A stretch of 20,000 bases of DNA from Podospora anserina (Eukaryota), in NCBI GenBank assembly GCA_017654855.1, contig CM030332.1, forward strand, positions 7,860,012 to 7,880,011. Direction: 5' to 3'. This document shows, in pieces, positions 19,433 to 20,000 of the stretch. The notes under the pieces are model-generated. The model had not been told where the DNA came from, searched no databases, and saw only the letters and a program-made list of their open reading frames with translations. A program made the translations under genes and the position numbers. Positions within the stretch are counted from its first letter, which is position 1, and each line of letters begins with the position of its first letter.

Positions 19433-20000
19433 CGAGTTGCCGAGACGCTTCCGACTTCTTCTTCTTCTTGGAGAACACATGGGAGTATGACGGGCGAGAT
19501 GACTTTTACAACCTACCCTTATATATACCTCTTTCTTCTCAACCTTGTCGGCGCCTACATGGATGTTTTCCAATTCTACCTCGCATTTCTGCTCCTATCA
19601 ATATCGCATCATGCCTACTGCCTACAGATCGTTTCATGCCAGTAACTTTAGTATGGGTAAAATTCCGCCTGTCACATTGCTCAATCGAAAGAGAGCGAGG
19701 CTTTGTTTGTGTGACCTGCAGGAGTAAAGCATGGATCAAAGCTTGAACACTGCCACGCAACTGCGAGATTGCATTGGACGGGAACCGACAGGCAGCAGAA
19801 AGACGGTGGAAGGTGCATCACCACCACCTCATCGGTTTAAAGTGCGGGGAAGGGAAGGAGTCATCGAGCTGGAGATGTTGAGATAGGTTTTGTTGACCTT
19901 GATGGCGCCTTTGAGAAACTTTGTCGCCTGATCCGAATGCAGGTTGTCGGGTTTGTGAAAGGGGAAAGGAGGAGGCGAAAAGAGAGCAAAGGGGCTGTTT

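Noticed and set aside
19829-19999. Open minus-strand frame running in from the window edge (…KFLKGAIKVNKTYLNISSS…*)
   Set aside because: Only 56 codons with no recognisable motif. It could be the last exon of a gene outside the window, but this cannot be supported here.

Overview
Eukaryotic genomic DNA from a filamentous ascomycete. The short 57-93 nt GT-AG introns with CTRAY branch sites and the G/T-rich 3' UTRs suggest a Sordariomycete, probably Sordariales (inference). Four protein-coding genes are well supported: (1) SEC2, the Rab (Sec4) guanine-nucleotide exchange factor, on +; (2) a 3-exon BAR + SH3 (Rvs167/amphiphysin-like) protein on -, convergent with SEC2; (3) a single-exon ~1249-aa DUF2439 protein (Mte1/Dbl2/ZGRF1 N-terminal-like), divergent from the BAR gene; (4) a 3-exon ~606-aa unnamed zinc-binding, transcription-factor-like protein after a 4-kb intergenic region. 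Two observations stand out. Gene 4 looks like a membrane-tethered transcription factor: three different Zn modules, an acidic segment, a Gly/Tyr-rich linker and two C-terminal hydrophobic helices, i.e. SREBP/Sre2-like topology without a bHLH. The apparent first coding exon of SEC2 has no AUG but has a CUG in strong Kozak context. No tRNA, rRNA, CRISPR array or transposon could be supported. Most other ORFs in the track are shadows of these genes or microsatellite artefacts. All family assignments come from motif recognition by eye, not database searches.
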